DNA from: a virus
Lineage: Duplodnaviria; Heunggongvirae; Uroviricota; Caudoviricetes
Length of the DNA stretch: 64,000 nucleotides
Direction: 5' to 3' (one strand)
IMG/VR virus record: IMGVR_UViG_3300020429_000539
Coordinates: 108,263-172,262 of that record
How positions within the stretch are numbered: position 1 is the first letter of the stretch; every line of letters starts with the position of its first letter. A model generated the notes under the pieces. The model made no database searches and had not been told where the DNA came from. It saw only the letters and a program-made list of their open reading frames with translations. This document shows positions 27,004 through 36,175 of the stretch, one piece after another. Position numbers and translations under genes: made by a program.

Positions 27004-27626
27004 TCCATATCGACCCGAAAGTTAAAGTTGTGTTTGATGGTCAAATCGCCAATCCGCGTTACCTTCGTGTTAGGCGTTGTGACATCGACGTGGCAAAACC
27101 ATCGGGTACCGGATGGATTGGCACAACTTCAAGAGAGTATCTGATTAGCCGCAGCGCTGTCTCTGGCATCATTCATGTTCCTAGTCAAGAAAAGGTCATG
27201 ATGATGAGGCAGTTCCGTGTGCCTGTTTATATTGATACTCAATCTGAACACCTTGCTTGGATGTATGAAACGGTCGCGGGACTTATTGGTCGCGATGAAG
27301 ACCCTCTTGATACGTTCATCCGAGAGGTTCAAGAAGAATCGGGCGTGGTCATCACGCCAGAACAGACTACCTTCCATATGTCTTATTTTGCGTCACCTGG
27401 CTTTGTCAACGAGAAACAGTTTATCTACACAGCGGCGCTTGATGATGTCCAGCCACTTGATGAGGATGCTGGACTCGATGAAGAAGGCGAAGCTATCATT
27501 CCTGCTTGGTTGACTTACGACGAAATCCGCGCCCTCGTGGCAGGCGTCAAAGATGATGCCGGAAATCTTCACAAGATTGCGGACGGCAAAACTCTTATGG
27601 GGCTCATGAAAATCGGACTTGCGTAA
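27000..27626 (+). CDS. Nudix hydrolase
   Basis: Nudix box 'GLIGRDEDPLDTFIREVQEESGVV' (Gx5Ex7REUxEExGU). Confidence 0.65.
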   Translation: MIHIDPKVKVVFDGQIANPRYLRVRRCDIDVAKPSGTGWIGTTSREYLISRSAVSGIIHVPSQEKVMMMRQFRVPVYIDTQSEHLAWMYETVAGLIGRDEDPLDTFIREVQEESGVVITPEQTTFHMSYFASPGFVNEKQFIYTAALDDVQPLDEDAGLDEEGEAIIPAWLTYDEIRALVAGVKDDAGNLHKIADGKTLMGLMKIGLA

Positions 27627-27708
27627 AAAGTTAGAGTGAATTGCCAGGCGGCGATGGTAACTTCTGTCGATACTGCTATTGAAAAGCAGCGTCTCACAGG
27701 AGTTCCCA

Positions 27709-28311
27709 ATGTCAAACGAAGAAAATACAGGCACCAACAAGGCTGCCGAGTGGAACCAAAGACTAGATGAAGTTCGTGAGTTTGCGAACAAAAACAGTCG
27801 TTGGCCTTCTACAACGGCCAAAGATGCGGATGAAAAGACTCTAGCTCAGTGGTGGAGTCGCTACAAATATTACTACAAAAAGTACCGCGAAACAGGTCAG
27901 GCTGCCGGCATGACTCGCGCTCGTGCCGATGCTATTGAGAAGCTTATTGACTCTCACAAGAGCTTTGAGCGCGATGGCGTTTGGGACTCACGATACAAGA
28001 AGGTTGCTCAGCGGATTAGTGACGCGGGTAAGCTGTGGTCTTACAAGACAACTAACCCTGACGAAGAGAAGGTTCTTCGTTGGTGGAACCAGCAAAAGAC
28101 TTTCTATCGCAAGTTCCGCAAGGGCGACCGCGTAGGCGGCATGACCGCAGAGCGTGCCGATTTAGTTGAGAATTTGCTCAAACGGCTCAATCAGCCGATC
28201 ATGGCCGATACGTCCTCGAACACCCCGCAGTCGGTGAACATGCAGGTTGATACATCTGCTGCTCCCGATGCATCGGCTGCTCAGACGAATACCAGTGGAG
28301 ACGCCTCATGA
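27709..28311 (+). CDS. protein with two tandem helicase-associated (HA)-like W-rich repeats
   Basis: 'WPSTTAKDADEKTLAQWWSRYKYYYKKYRETGQAAGMTRARADAIEKLI' and 'WSYKTTNPDEEKVLRWWNQQKTFYRKFRKGDRVGGMTAERADLVENLL'. The start is at the Met with an 'AGGAG' SD. Confidence 0.5.
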   Translation: MSNEENTGTNKAAEWNQRLDEVREFANKNSRWPSTTAKDADEKTLAQWWSRYKYYYKKYRETGQAAGMTRARADAIEKLIDSHKSFERDGVWDSRYKKVAQRISDAGKLWSYKTTNPDEEKVLRWWNQQKTFYRKFRKGDRVGGMTAERADLVENLLKRLNQPIMADTSSNTPQSVNMQVDTSAAPDASAAQTNTSGDAS

Positions 28312-28646
28312 ACGTAGACGAATCTCAGTTTGAAGCAGAAGTTTCGCAGAATGATACGCACCGCAGGCAAGTCGCTTTGACTTCGATGCGTGGCAAGATT
28401 GCCGCCAACCGCCTGATGATGGAGACTGCCGACCGTATGGCCGACCGTGCGATGCAGGCAGCGGAAGCAGGGGACTATATCTCCGCATACCGTCACTCGG
28501 AGGCTGTTTATGCAGCGGTTGAAGAGGTTATGACCTCACTCAAACTTGTACAAGTTCTTTGTGTCAAGTCGAGTAACCGTAACAGCATACCCGAACTTCC
28601 CAAGTTCAAGCAGGCTGTTGAAAGCGGTGGAAATCCGACCAGCTAA
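28308..28646 (+). CDS. hypothetical protein (112 aa)
   Basis: ATGA-coupled ORF. Confidence 0.45.
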   Translation: MNVDESQFEAEVSQNDTHRRQVALTSMRGKIAANRLMMETADRMADRAMQAAEAGDYISAYRHSEAVYAAVEEVMTSLKLVQVLCVKSSNRNSIPELPKFKQAVESGGNPTS

Positions 28647-28680
28647 GTTTTCTGGATTGTGACTTAGCTAACAGGATTTT

Positions 28681-28720
28681 ACGGGCTGCTTTGTCGAAAG
28701 ATAAGTAGCCCGTTTTTCTT
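28681..28720 (+). terminator. intrinsic terminator
   Basis: 'ACGGGCT-(19 nt loop)-AGCCCGT' followed by TTTTT, then SD 'GAGGAG' and the ATG at 28735. Confidence 0.5.
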
Positions 28721-28734
28721 TCGAGGAGCATTTC

Positions 28735-29307
28735 ATGACAGATATACCAGATCAGCCAACAGGCGATTTTGAGTTCAACAGTTTGAACGATTTGACAGAC
28801 GTAACTATGATTAGCTCTTCAGGTGAACAATCCTACATATATAGTGGAACAACTCTGACTTGGGATTCCACGGAATCTTCTATATCTTGGTCTACAGATA
28901 ATAAGGATTTGCAAGAGGCCATGAATATGCTCCAACGACAGAAAGAATGTCGCATTCCTACGTTCAAAGACCTTGATGACACAGAGCAAAGTCGTCTTGA
29001 GCAAATCATGCAGTCTGATACCGTATATGTTCGTGAAATCAGACCTGATATGGAAGACGCCGGTTCGCTGAATGACTATACCGTTAAAGTTGAACTTTCG
29101 AATACGAAGGACTTTTTGATTTCCGTCGCTATTATTGAAGGTACCTATCAGACCCAGGGTAACTTGGTAAACATAGGCGAAGCTGTGAGGACATTGTGCC
29201 TCATGATGACCTTCCAAGGTCATGATGTAATACTAGACGGAAAGGCATTTAGACCATATGACTATCGAAAGGGAACCGGACGACGTAGCGATAGAGATAC
29301 CGATTGA
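28735..29307 (+). CDS. paralog-family protein (C-terminal 'G-[YHW]-[DE]-V' family), member 1
   Basis: C-terminal 'LCLMMTFQGHDVILDGKAFRP'. Confidence 0.55.
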   Translation: MTDIPDQPTGDFEFNSLNDLTDVTMISSSGEQSYIYSGTTLTWDSTESSISWSTDNKDLQEAMNMLQRQKECRIPTFKDLDDTEQSRLEQIMQSDTVYVREIRPDMEDAGSLNDYTVKVELSNTKDFLISVAIIEGTYQTQGNLVNIGEAVRTLCLMMTFQGHDVILDGKAFRPYDYRKGTGRRSDRDTD

Positions 29308-29767
29308 GAGCTTTCAGCAAATGGGTTTCTCTCGCAAATCAATGAATCAGTACGACTACAGCAATGGCGGCAGCCTAGAGCGATTAGCTAAACAAATCGA
29401 AGACGAACACAAAGAGTTTGAGAACAAACAAAGAGAAGCCTTGCAGAAAGAGGAGAGAGCTAGAAAACAGGTGCGCTTTCATAACTCTATGGCAGCTTTA
29501 GAGCGTATCATGGAATCTCCCATACTGTATATACGTAAAGAAGTAGGCAATCGTTTTCAGAATAACTCTGCGGGTTCGTTTCGTATTGTTGTCGCAGACA
29601 ATGAAGAAATCAAAGACAGTTCTTGCCTATACGACTCACGAGATTTTGCAGCAAACGTAAACGAGTCAGGTGTGGATGACCTGATCAAAACTTTTGCGAA
29701 ATCCTTTACGTATCAGGGCTACGACGTATATGTTGATGGCGAGTTGTTCAGGCCGTCTTCGATTTAG
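29258..29767 (+). CDS. paralog-family protein, member 2
   Basis: C-terminal 'FAKSFTYQGYDVYVDGELFRP'. The start may be the internal Met at 29321. Confidence 0.5.
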   Translation: MTIEREPDDVAIEIPIESFQQMGFSRKSMNQYDYSNGGSLERLAKQIEDEHKEFENKQREALQKEERARKQVRFHNSMAALERIMESPILYIRKEVGNRFQNNSAGSFRIVVADNEEIKDSSCLYDSRDFAANVNESGVDDLIKTFAKSFTYQGYDVYVDGELFRPSSI

Positions 29768-29770
29768 CAG

Positions 29771-30298
29771 GTGAAACAAGGTCAGATTTATACTATCGAT
29801 ATGGCACGATTTGCAAGCGAAGCGGCTCGGTCGAGAGCGGAAAAGCGCAAAGAGTTCGAACAAGAACTCGCTGCTCGCCGCGAGGCTGTTATCAAACAAA
29901 ATCCTGTCAAGGTATGGGATGAAAACGACCAGCTTATTCCCGAAGCCGTATCTCATTTTGTTGGCGTTGAGATGATGAGGGAAAAGCTTGAGCAAGGCGG
30001 ACCCTTCTATATGAGGGCCTGCTATTTCCGTAAATCGGATTGCTATGCTGTACTGTTCAACAACAAACCATTGAATGACGCAAACGATAACCTGCGCATT
30101 TGGACCTCAACAGCTATCTACCTGAACTCCCCTACGCTTGTTGAGGGGATTATGGTGGCTATCGCCAATGTTCTGACTCTTCTTGGATATGAGGTACAAA
30201 TCAGCGGAGCAGCCTTGATCGAGAACGGCGAATATGACCCGTTCACGCTCAGATCGCCGCCTGATGCTGAGCTAGAGGGAGAAGATGGACCAGAATAA
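29771..30298 (+). CDS. paralog-family protein, member 3
   Basis: 'IANVLTLLGYEVQISGAAL'. Confidence 0.55.
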   Translation: MKQGQIYTIDMARFASEAARSRAEKRKEFEQELAARREAVIKQNPVKVWDENDQLIPEAVSHFVGVEMMREKLEQGGPFYMRACYFRKSDCYAVLFNNKPLNDANDNLRIWTSTAIYLNSPTLVEGIMVAIANVLTLLGYEVQISGAALIENGEYDPFTLRSPPDAELEGEDGPE

Positions 30299-30878
30299 AG
30301 AAGAATATCTGTCGAACTATTGGCTGAATCACTTCCATCAGCTAGAAGGTATTTTCCGTGCAGGAGAAGCCTACATCGATTTGGTGCAAAGGTCTTCAAA
30401 TAAGACGTTTGAAATCGTCGTGAGCGAGTTCCCATTCAGCAAGAAGACGCCAGAAGCGTGGAACGACTGGAAAGAGAACAGCGTCATCTTATTCAAAGTT
30501 GCCTTTACTGACCAGGAAGCGGCGAGTCCTTACCGCGTTTGGGAGTTCAATGCATTCGCATCGATACTTACCGCTGCTGGTGTTGAGGTTATGACTGGTA
30601 CTAATATCAGGCATCTTAACCCAGCGTATGGAGGCAAAAAAGACTCCAAATCGCTTATACAATGGGCCGCGCAAAACGCGAAAGAAGTAGAAAAGAACGG
30701 CGACACGACTGACATCGAGTACCGTCCTTACTACGAAGATTTGCGAAGAAGAGCAGACGCCATACAGATAGGGTATGGGGAAGAAATCAAAACTGACACG
30801 ATCAATACGCCTGGTAACTATCCTCGCACGAGGAATGTTTCAAATGGCAAAGGCCCATCGCTGGTAGAGGACAGCTAA
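30285..30878 (+). CDS. paralog-family protein, member 4
   Basis: 'ASILTAAGVEVMTGTNIRH' mid-protein. Confidence 0.5.
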   Translation: MDQNKEEYLSNYWLNHFHQLEGIFRAGEAYIDLVQRSSNKTFEIVVSEFPFSKKTPEAWNDWKENSVILFKVAFTDQEAASPYRVWEFNAFASILTAAGVEVMTGTNIRHLNPAYGGKKDSKSLIQWAAQNAKEVEKNGDTTDIEYRPYYEDLRRRADAIQIGYGEEIKTDTINTPGNYPRTRNVSNGKGPSLVEDS

Positions 30879-31124
30879 ATGCTCAGCTTCATTCTTCTTG
30901 TCTTGTTCGGTGTTCCTGCTGTTCTTGCATGGAAAAACTACATCAAGAGAGAAACGCCAAGCCATTTGTTTATTGCGATACTGCTCTCGGCGCTCGCTGT
31001 TTTTCTGGGCTTTGCGGCGCTGACCAAACTGCTCGCAGGCACCATGATGCTCGTGGTCATCGTTTTTGGACTCGTGTTCGTGGGAACCCTTGCGGCTTAT
31101 CTCATTCATAAGGCTTACGGGTGA
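30879..31124 (+). CDS. small 2-TM membrane protein
   Basis: 'LSFILLVLFGVPAVLAW' and 'LFIAILLSALAVFLGFAAL...MMLVVIVFGLVFVGTLAAYLI'. Confidence 0.55.
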   Translation: MLSFILLVLFGVPAVLAWKNYIKRETPSHLFIAILLSALAVFLGFAALTKLLAGTMMLVVIVFGLVFVGTLAAYLIHKAYG

Positions 31125-31183
31125 AAGTCGTTTCGGCTAAGATATAGTCCAAACCTCATCACTTTCCCCAAAGGAGACGCACA

Positions 31184-32857
31184 ATGTCAGAGATGCTTTC
31201 ACCCCTCATGATGGCTATTGCAGTCATCTCCATCCTCGCCGGTCTCGGCGGCGGTGGCTGGATGCTGCTTACCGGCAAACGCAAGGTCGGACCTGTCCTT
31301 GCCGTCATCGGTATCGGTGGCTTTTTCCTGTTCGGATGGCTTTCTTCGTTCCGTCACATTCCCACTGGTCGCATCGGCGTGGTCGAGAAGAAGATGCTCG
31401 GCGCGTCTCTCAAGAGCGGCGATATTATCGCTGTCAACGGCGAGATGGGCTATCAGGCAGACATTCTTCGCGATGGCCTTCAGTCTGGTTACTGGCCCTT
31501 TATCTTCAACGTCGAATACTACGACCTGCTCGAAGTCGAGAAGGGCAAGGTTGGCGTTGTGACCGTTCGTGACGGCAACGCGCTTCCCGCTGGCGAAACT
31601 TATGCGCCTGAGTGGGATGACGTTCACAAGATGCTCGACGCCACAACCTTTCTGAACTCTCCCAATGGCTTTAGCGGCCCGCAGGCGACTGTGCTTCCTC
31701 CGCAGGTTTATGCCTTCAACCCCAAGCTCTACACTGTCGAGCTTCGTGACGCAACCATCATCAATCCTGGTTCTGTTGGCGTTATCAAGTCGAACGTCGG
31801 AACCATTCCCGATGATGTCGGCGATGACGGTATTGTCCCCAAGGGTTCGCGTGGTATCTGGAGTACCGCGTATGGACCGCAGACCCTCTACATCAATCCT
31901 GATGCCTACTACGTCATTGAGGTTCCCACGACCATCAATATCGTGGACTATACGGCTTCGGAAGAGAACAACGACGAGTTCACGCAAGCGTCGCTTGAGA
32001 ACTCGATCGATGTCAAGACGAGCGACGGGTTCAAGTTCCCGATTGACGTGCGCATCGAGTACCGCATCACGCCTGACCATGCTCCTACGGCGGTCGCCTA
32101 CTTCTATGATGACCGCACGAAGAACATCCACAAGAAACTGCGCCAGAAGATGAACTCGACGGTTCGTTCGGTGTTCCGTAATAACGCCGAAAGCGCCGGC
32201 GCTCTCGAATACGTCAACAACCGTTCGCAGCAGGAGAAAAGCTGCTTTGCCCTCATCGACGAGGAAATGAAGCAGTACGGCGTGACCATCACGAAGGTTG
32301 CCATCGGCGATATCGACCCGCGTGGCGAGTCCGCTGAACTTGCGGCGCTTCTGAAGACACAGACCGACAAGCAGATCGCTGTTCAGCAGGAGCAGACCTT
32401 CGCTCAGCAGCAGGCGGCGGCTCGCGAAGAGCAGAAGCTCAATGACGAGAACCAGCGTGCCCTTGAAATCAAGCGACTCGCTACGGCTGACTTTGATGAC
32501 CAGATCGCTGAGCGCGAAGCTGCCCGTCAGCTTAAGCTCGCCAACGCCGAGGCCGAGGCTATTCGTCTTCGTACCCGCGCGGAAGCTGACGGTATCCTTG
32601 CTGTTCAGCAGGCAGAGGCAGAAGGCTACAGCGCTAAGGCAATGGCAGTCGGTGGCTCGAACCTCGCAATGATTGAGTTGTTCGAACGCATTGCTTCGGG
32701 TAACATCGATATCACCCCCGATATCGTCATCGGCGACAACAGTGGCGAGGGCGGCAATGGTACGATGAACGCCATGCTTGCCCTCTATGTTCGCCAGATG
32801 GTTGACAGCATGAAGGCTGAGCCGGTCAGCGTGACCGTTCCCGCGTCCAGCGAGTAA
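31184..32857 (+). CDS. SPFH/band-7 (flotillin-like) protein
   Basis: N-terminal TM helices, an SPFH-like core, then a long coiled coil with Ala/Glu 'EA' repeats ('LANAEAEAIRLRTRAEADGILAVQQAEAEGY') as in flotillin FloT/YuaG. 557 aa. Confidence 0.7.
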   Translation: MSEMLSPLMMAIAVISILAGLGGGGWMLLTGKRKVGPVLAVIGIGGFFLFGWLSSFRHIPTGRIGVVEKKMLGASLKSGDIIAVNGEMGYQADILRDGLQSGYWPFIFNVEYYDLLEVEKGKVGVVTVRDGNALPAGETYAPEWDDVHKMLDATTFLNSPNGFSGPQATVLPPQVYAFNPKLYTVELRDATIINPGSVGVIKSNVGTIPDDVGDDGIVPKGSRGIWSTAYGPQTLYINPDAYYVIEVPTTINIVDYTASEENNDEFTQASLENSIDVKTSDGFKFPIDVRIEYRITPDHAPTAVAYFYDDRTKNIHKKLRQKMNSTVRSVFRNNAESAGALEYVNNRSQQEKSCFALIDEEMKQYGVTITKVAIGDIDPRGESAELAALLKTQTDKQIAVQQEQTFAQQQAAAREEQKLNDENQRALEIKRLATADFDDQIAEREAARQLKLANAEAEAIRLRTRAEADGILAVQQAEAEGYSAKAMAVGGSNLAMIELFERIASGNIDITPDIVIGDNSGEGGNGTMNAMLALYVRQMVDSMKAEPVSVTVPASSE

Positions 32858-32961
32858 ACTGTTCCGAGCCTCGCCGTAGGCTCATAACTCAAGCCTTGAG
32901 CCATCTACCCGAAAGGGTAGAATGGCTTCTTCCAAGCTCGCCTCTTCGTGGGAGTCTGCTC

Positions 32962-33489
32962 ATGTCTCAAGCCCCTTCCATGGGTCGTTTCGTTGGCGGA
33001 ATCAGCTTCGTCCCTGTGGTTGAACCAGAGCCTACGAATACTGAGATTCATGAGAATGCAGCCACAAGGCAGAAACGACCTGTTGCCTCTGCCCAAGTCA
33101 AAGCTACTGCTTCGCATCCTGCTATCAAGAAATCTACTCTACCTCAACTTGTTCTAAAGCCTAAGATCATTGCTGATATTTATGTTGACCTATCTGACCA
33201 CAGGATGAAATCTTTTTGTCAATCAATGAGAATCAATACCGACCAGCCATGCAGCATGGGTATTGTTGCAGCTTGGACATCCAACGGGCACATTCTTTTC
33301 CGCGCTGTTGCAGAAAGCTTCCAGGCAATTTTCAAATGTGGCGATAGCCCTTTGATGACCAGGATGTTGATCTATGGCTCCAATGCTTTCGGTTGTGACG
33401 ACTTGATTTTCCCTGTTGCAGAATCTTATCTGACAGAAGATGAGATTATTGAACTGTTTAGCGATAGAACATTTCGGGTTTCTGTATAG
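32962..33489 (+). CDS. hypothetical protein
   Basis: The start is at 'MSQAPSMG', which has a 'GGAG' SD. The 5' extension given in the ORF table is unsupported. Confidence 0.45.
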   Translation: MSQAPSMGRFVGGISFVPVVEPEPTNTEIHENAATRQKRPVASAQVKATASHPAIKKSTLPQLVLKPKIIADIYVDLSDHRMKSFCQSMRINTDQPCSMGIVAAWTSNGHILFRAVAESFQAIFKCGDSPLMTRMLIYGSNAFGCDDLIFPVAESYLTEDEIIELFSDRTFRVSV

Positions 33490-33500
33490 GGCCAAATGAC

Positions 33501-33956
33501 ATGACAAGAGAAAAACCAGCCATCTTTGGCCTTGCGGGACTGTGCCTGTTGCTCATGGTGTGTGTCCTTGTTGGAGGAGTGTGGATGAGTCGTTCGCTGT
33601 GGAACGGCACACCCCCTCAGAACGCCTCGCATGCCCGTATCGATGCCTCGGTCAGCGACGCCATCGATCGCGTCGCGAAAGAAACGCCAAAGGGCGAGAA
33701 GATTGACCGTGAGCGTGTTGCCGAGCTTGCGCGCCAGTCTATCGAGGCTGAAGGGCATACGCTTGTCAAGGATACCGAAGACCTGATCGCCAACGTGGAA
33801 GAGCAGGTCGATAAGAAAGAGAGAAAGAGTATCTTCTCTCGTATCGGTGGATTCTTTGGTGGCAAAGATGAACCCGAAAAACCTCAAGACGATGCGTCAG
33901 CCGAAATGGTTGAAGAAAACGCATCGGAAAGCGAAGCGGAAGATGAAAGTAACTAG
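33501..33956 (+). CDS. membrane-anchored protein with acidic C-terminus
   Basis: TM 'IFGLAGLCLLLMVCVLVGGVWM' followed by the acidic tail 'EENASESEAEDESN'. Confidence 0.5.
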   Translation: MTREKPAIFGLAGLCLLLMVCVLVGGVWMSRSLWNGTPPQNASHARIDASVSDAIDRVAKETPKGEKIDRERVAELARQSIEAEGHTLVKDTEDLIANVEEQVDKKERKSIFSRIGGFFGGKDEPEKPQDDASAEMVEENASESEAEDESN

Positions 33957-33966
33957 CTCTGGGGGT

Positions 33967-34131
33967 ATGCCGATTATTCTGATGCCGTTCGCTTACCTGC
34001 TCGTTGTGATTGCAGCACTTGTTTGTGCCGCAGCCTTTGCAGCCGCAATCTACCTGCGTGCTACCGTGATGCTTTTTGCCTGTCTCTGGGAGTATTTTGC
34101 TCTCAAACTGAACCGAAAGAGATTGACATGA
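33967..34131 (+). CDS. small 2-TM membrane protein
   Basis: 'MPIILMPFAYLLVVIAALVCAAAFAAAIYL' with a 'GGGGG' SD. Confidence 0.45.
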   Translation: MPIILMPFAYLLVVIAALVCAAAFAAAIYLRATVMLFACLWEYFALKLNRKRLT

Positions 34132-34349
34132 GATACTTGCTTCTCGTTGCTGTCTGCTGCATAGGCTGGTGGCTCGCTGATATCTTCTTGCCGCTTCCGC
34201 TCGGTGGTCTTGCTTTGACTCTCGGCTCGGCCTCTGGTCTGTTGTGGGGCTTCATCAAGTTGCTCGGTCGAGGCAACAAAAAAGAGCCGTCATGGATTGA
34301 TGAGCTTGAGCGTAAAGCTGGAGTGCCTGAAGAGTCGATAAAGGGTTAG
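34128..34349 (+). CDS. small 2-TM membrane protein
   Basis: ATGA-coupled. 'MRYLLLVAVCCIGWWLADIFLPLPLGGLALTLGSASGLLWGFI'. Confidence 0.5.
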   Translation: MRYLLLVAVCCIGWWLADIFLPLPLGGLALTLGSASGLLWGFIKLLGRGNKKEPSWIDELERKAGVPEESIKG

Positions 34350-34351
34350 CC

Positions 34352-34765
34352 ATGTCACGATCGACTTTTAGATTGTTTGCGGCCTTGATTCTGGTAATCA
34401 TTTTCTCGGGCGTTGCTCTACTCGTTGCGGCCTCTATTTTTAAGCCCAGCGACAGCATGCCTCGATTCGTGCATAAGCATTACGCTCATGTCAACGGATA
34501 CTTCTGGTCAGAATGCCCTGTGACTGGTCAGATGTTTGGAGGCCATGAGGCTTATCAAGGAAGAGGCATTCTCAAGCCAGATAGCGTCAACAAGTTCAAG
34601 CAGCCTGGCGAAGATGGCAAGAGAGCTTTGGTTCTGTTGCAGATTGCCCAATACGACATGGTGTCGGAAGAAGCTGGCGATATCCTCGAAGAACTGCGGG
34701 CGGAAGGTGTTGCTGAAGCAGATTTACTTGAAGCTGCTCGTGATCGCTGGTCAGAACAAAAGTAA
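34352..34765 (+). CDS. N-terminally membrane-anchored protein
   Basis: 'FRLFAALILVIIFSGVALLVAASIF' followed by a soluble domain. Confidence 0.5.
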   Translation: MSRSTFRLFAALILVIIFSGVALLVAASIFKPSDSMPRFVHKHYAHVNGYFWSECPVTGQMFGGHEAYQGRGILKPDSVNKFKQPGEDGKRALVLLQIAQYDMVSEEAGDILEELRAEGVAEADLLEAARDRWSEQK

Positions 34766-34856
34766 TCGGCATATATCGCCCTCCTCTAAGGGGCCGTGTT
34801 CTTTCGAGGGCGCGGCCCTTTTCAAGTGAATAGCTTTACTGCCTTATAATGACATT

Positions 34857-35396
34857 ATGCAGACGACAAAATCGAAAAAACAGGTTGCTTTGCCTTTGAC
34901 TAAAGACTGGCAAGCAATGGACTATCTTCGGGCATCTCTCTGCTTGCCCTTCATTGCTCTTGGGATTTCTTCTCTGCATCCTCTTTTGCCGCCGATGATT
35001 ATTAGTTTCGCTGTCCTTGGCTTGATTGCAGTTATTACGAATGTTTCGGCAGGCATCGAGTATGATTGTGGCTCAATCAGATCAGACAGTCTTGGTATTG
35101 CGAAGAAGATTCCTCTTGTAGGCCTCCCTTTGCTTGGGATAGCTGTGATTGGTTTTCTAATTGGCAGCATGTTTTGGATGGGACTAGGGCTTTCGCTTTT
35201 GATTCTTTTTGGTTTTCCCGCTGTTGGCGTGTTTGCTAGTTTCGGGTATCTCGCGTGGTCTTCGACTGCTCCGCCTTCTCATAATCATGCTTTTACGATG
35301 TTTAGTTGCTTTCATTACTCAGCGATGATTGGCTTCTTTATTGCCGCGCTCGGTGGCGTTGTGCGGCTTGTTCCAGTTGCGATCCAGGTCCAATGA
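34857..35396 (+). CDS. polytopic membrane protein (about 4 TM)
   Basis: Multiple hydrophobic helices ('LIAVITNVSAGI', 'LLGIAVIGFLIGSMFWMGLGLSLLILFGF', 'MIGFFIAALGGVV'). Confidence 0.5.
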   Translation: MQTTKSKKQVALPLTKDWQAMDYLRASLCLPFIALGISSLHPLLPPMIISFAVLGLIAVITNVSAGIEYDCGSIRSDSLGIAKKIPLVGLPLLGIAVIGFLIGSMFWMGLGLSLLILFGFPAVGVFASFGYLAWSSTAPPSHNHAFTMFSCFHYSAMIGFFIAALGGVVRLVPVAIQVQ

Positions 35397-35971
35397 GCGC
35401 CTATAAACCAAGTTACAATACTGACCCTTCTGATGCCTGTTTTGTCGGGCTCGTTGTTCTAATTTTCGCAACTATTATCATCATGCCTTTTCATCCTCAT
35501 CCTGTTACCAACAAGCTTGCTAGCTTTTTTGGCTTTGGCGCAGTTGCTTTGACTACAAGCCTTTTTCATGCTTATCTAAAAGATGAGGGCGGTGGTCATA
35601 CTCGGTTTGAGATGACCTATTTTATATCGATTATTCCCATTGTGTGCGTAGGGTTGATTGGGTCTTTGTTGATTTCATTTCACCAGGCGAGTTTGGCTAT
35701 TGATTCGCTTCTTCTGCTTGGAGCGTTGATTCCTACTTTCTATTTCCAATGGCTTCCGATTCGTTGGGGTTGGGAGTTTGTGAACTCGATGAAGTCCTTT
35801 TTGTTTGGAGATGTATCAAAGAGTAAGCTGGTTGCTGGCGATGAAGACTCCAAAGTTTGTAACTTTGTTGATGTTCTGATGACTGGTAGCATGATGACTC
35901 TTTATCAGTTGTTTACTCTCGTTTATGGTTATCATTGGATGAAGTTCTCTACTGTCTTCTTTCTGTCGTGA
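35393..35971 (+). CDS. polytopic membrane protein
   Basis: ATGA-coupled start at 35393. 'FVGLVVLIFATIIIMPF', 'LASFFGFGAVALTTSLFHAY' and 'FISIIPIVCVGLIGSLLISF'. Confidence 0.5.
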   Translation: MSAYKPSYNTDPSDACFVGLVVLIFATIIIMPFHPHPVTNKLASFFGFGAVALTTSLFHAYLKDEGGGHTRFEMTYFISIIPIVCVGLIGSLLISFHQASLAIDSLLLLGALIPTFYFQWLPIRWGWEFVNSMKSFLFGDVSKSKLVAGDEDSKVCNFVDVLMTGSMMTLYQLFTLVYGYHWMKFSTVFFLS

Positions 35972-36175
35972 TTGCTGCCTATGCCGCGTATGCCCCCAAT
36001 AGGTCGATTGGTTCATTGGTGCGTGCCGTCGCGAGTAATCGCGTATGGCGCGAACAAGCGGTTGAAGACAAGCGGTTCGCGACCATACTCAACTAATGAT
36101 CCACGAGCAATTTTTTCACAGCAGCTTGCCAATGTACCAGCGCGTCCGAGACGACGCGAGTACGAGCCGCGAACA

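Noticed and set aside
31199-32131. 310-aa minus-strand ORF and several + alternative-frame ORFs (31218-31562, 31336-31572, 31665-32153)
   Set aside because: All lie inside the SPFH/flotillin gene. They are Arg/Ser/Pro-rich and motifless, whereas the + frame 31184-32857 has TM, SPFH and coiled-coil organisation.
35972-36175. 5' extension of ORF 35972-36733
   Set aside because: Pro/Arg-rich with no hydrophobic segments, and it contains a direct repeat ACAAGCGGTT. It is likely an intergenic regulatory region, with the gene starting at about 36176.
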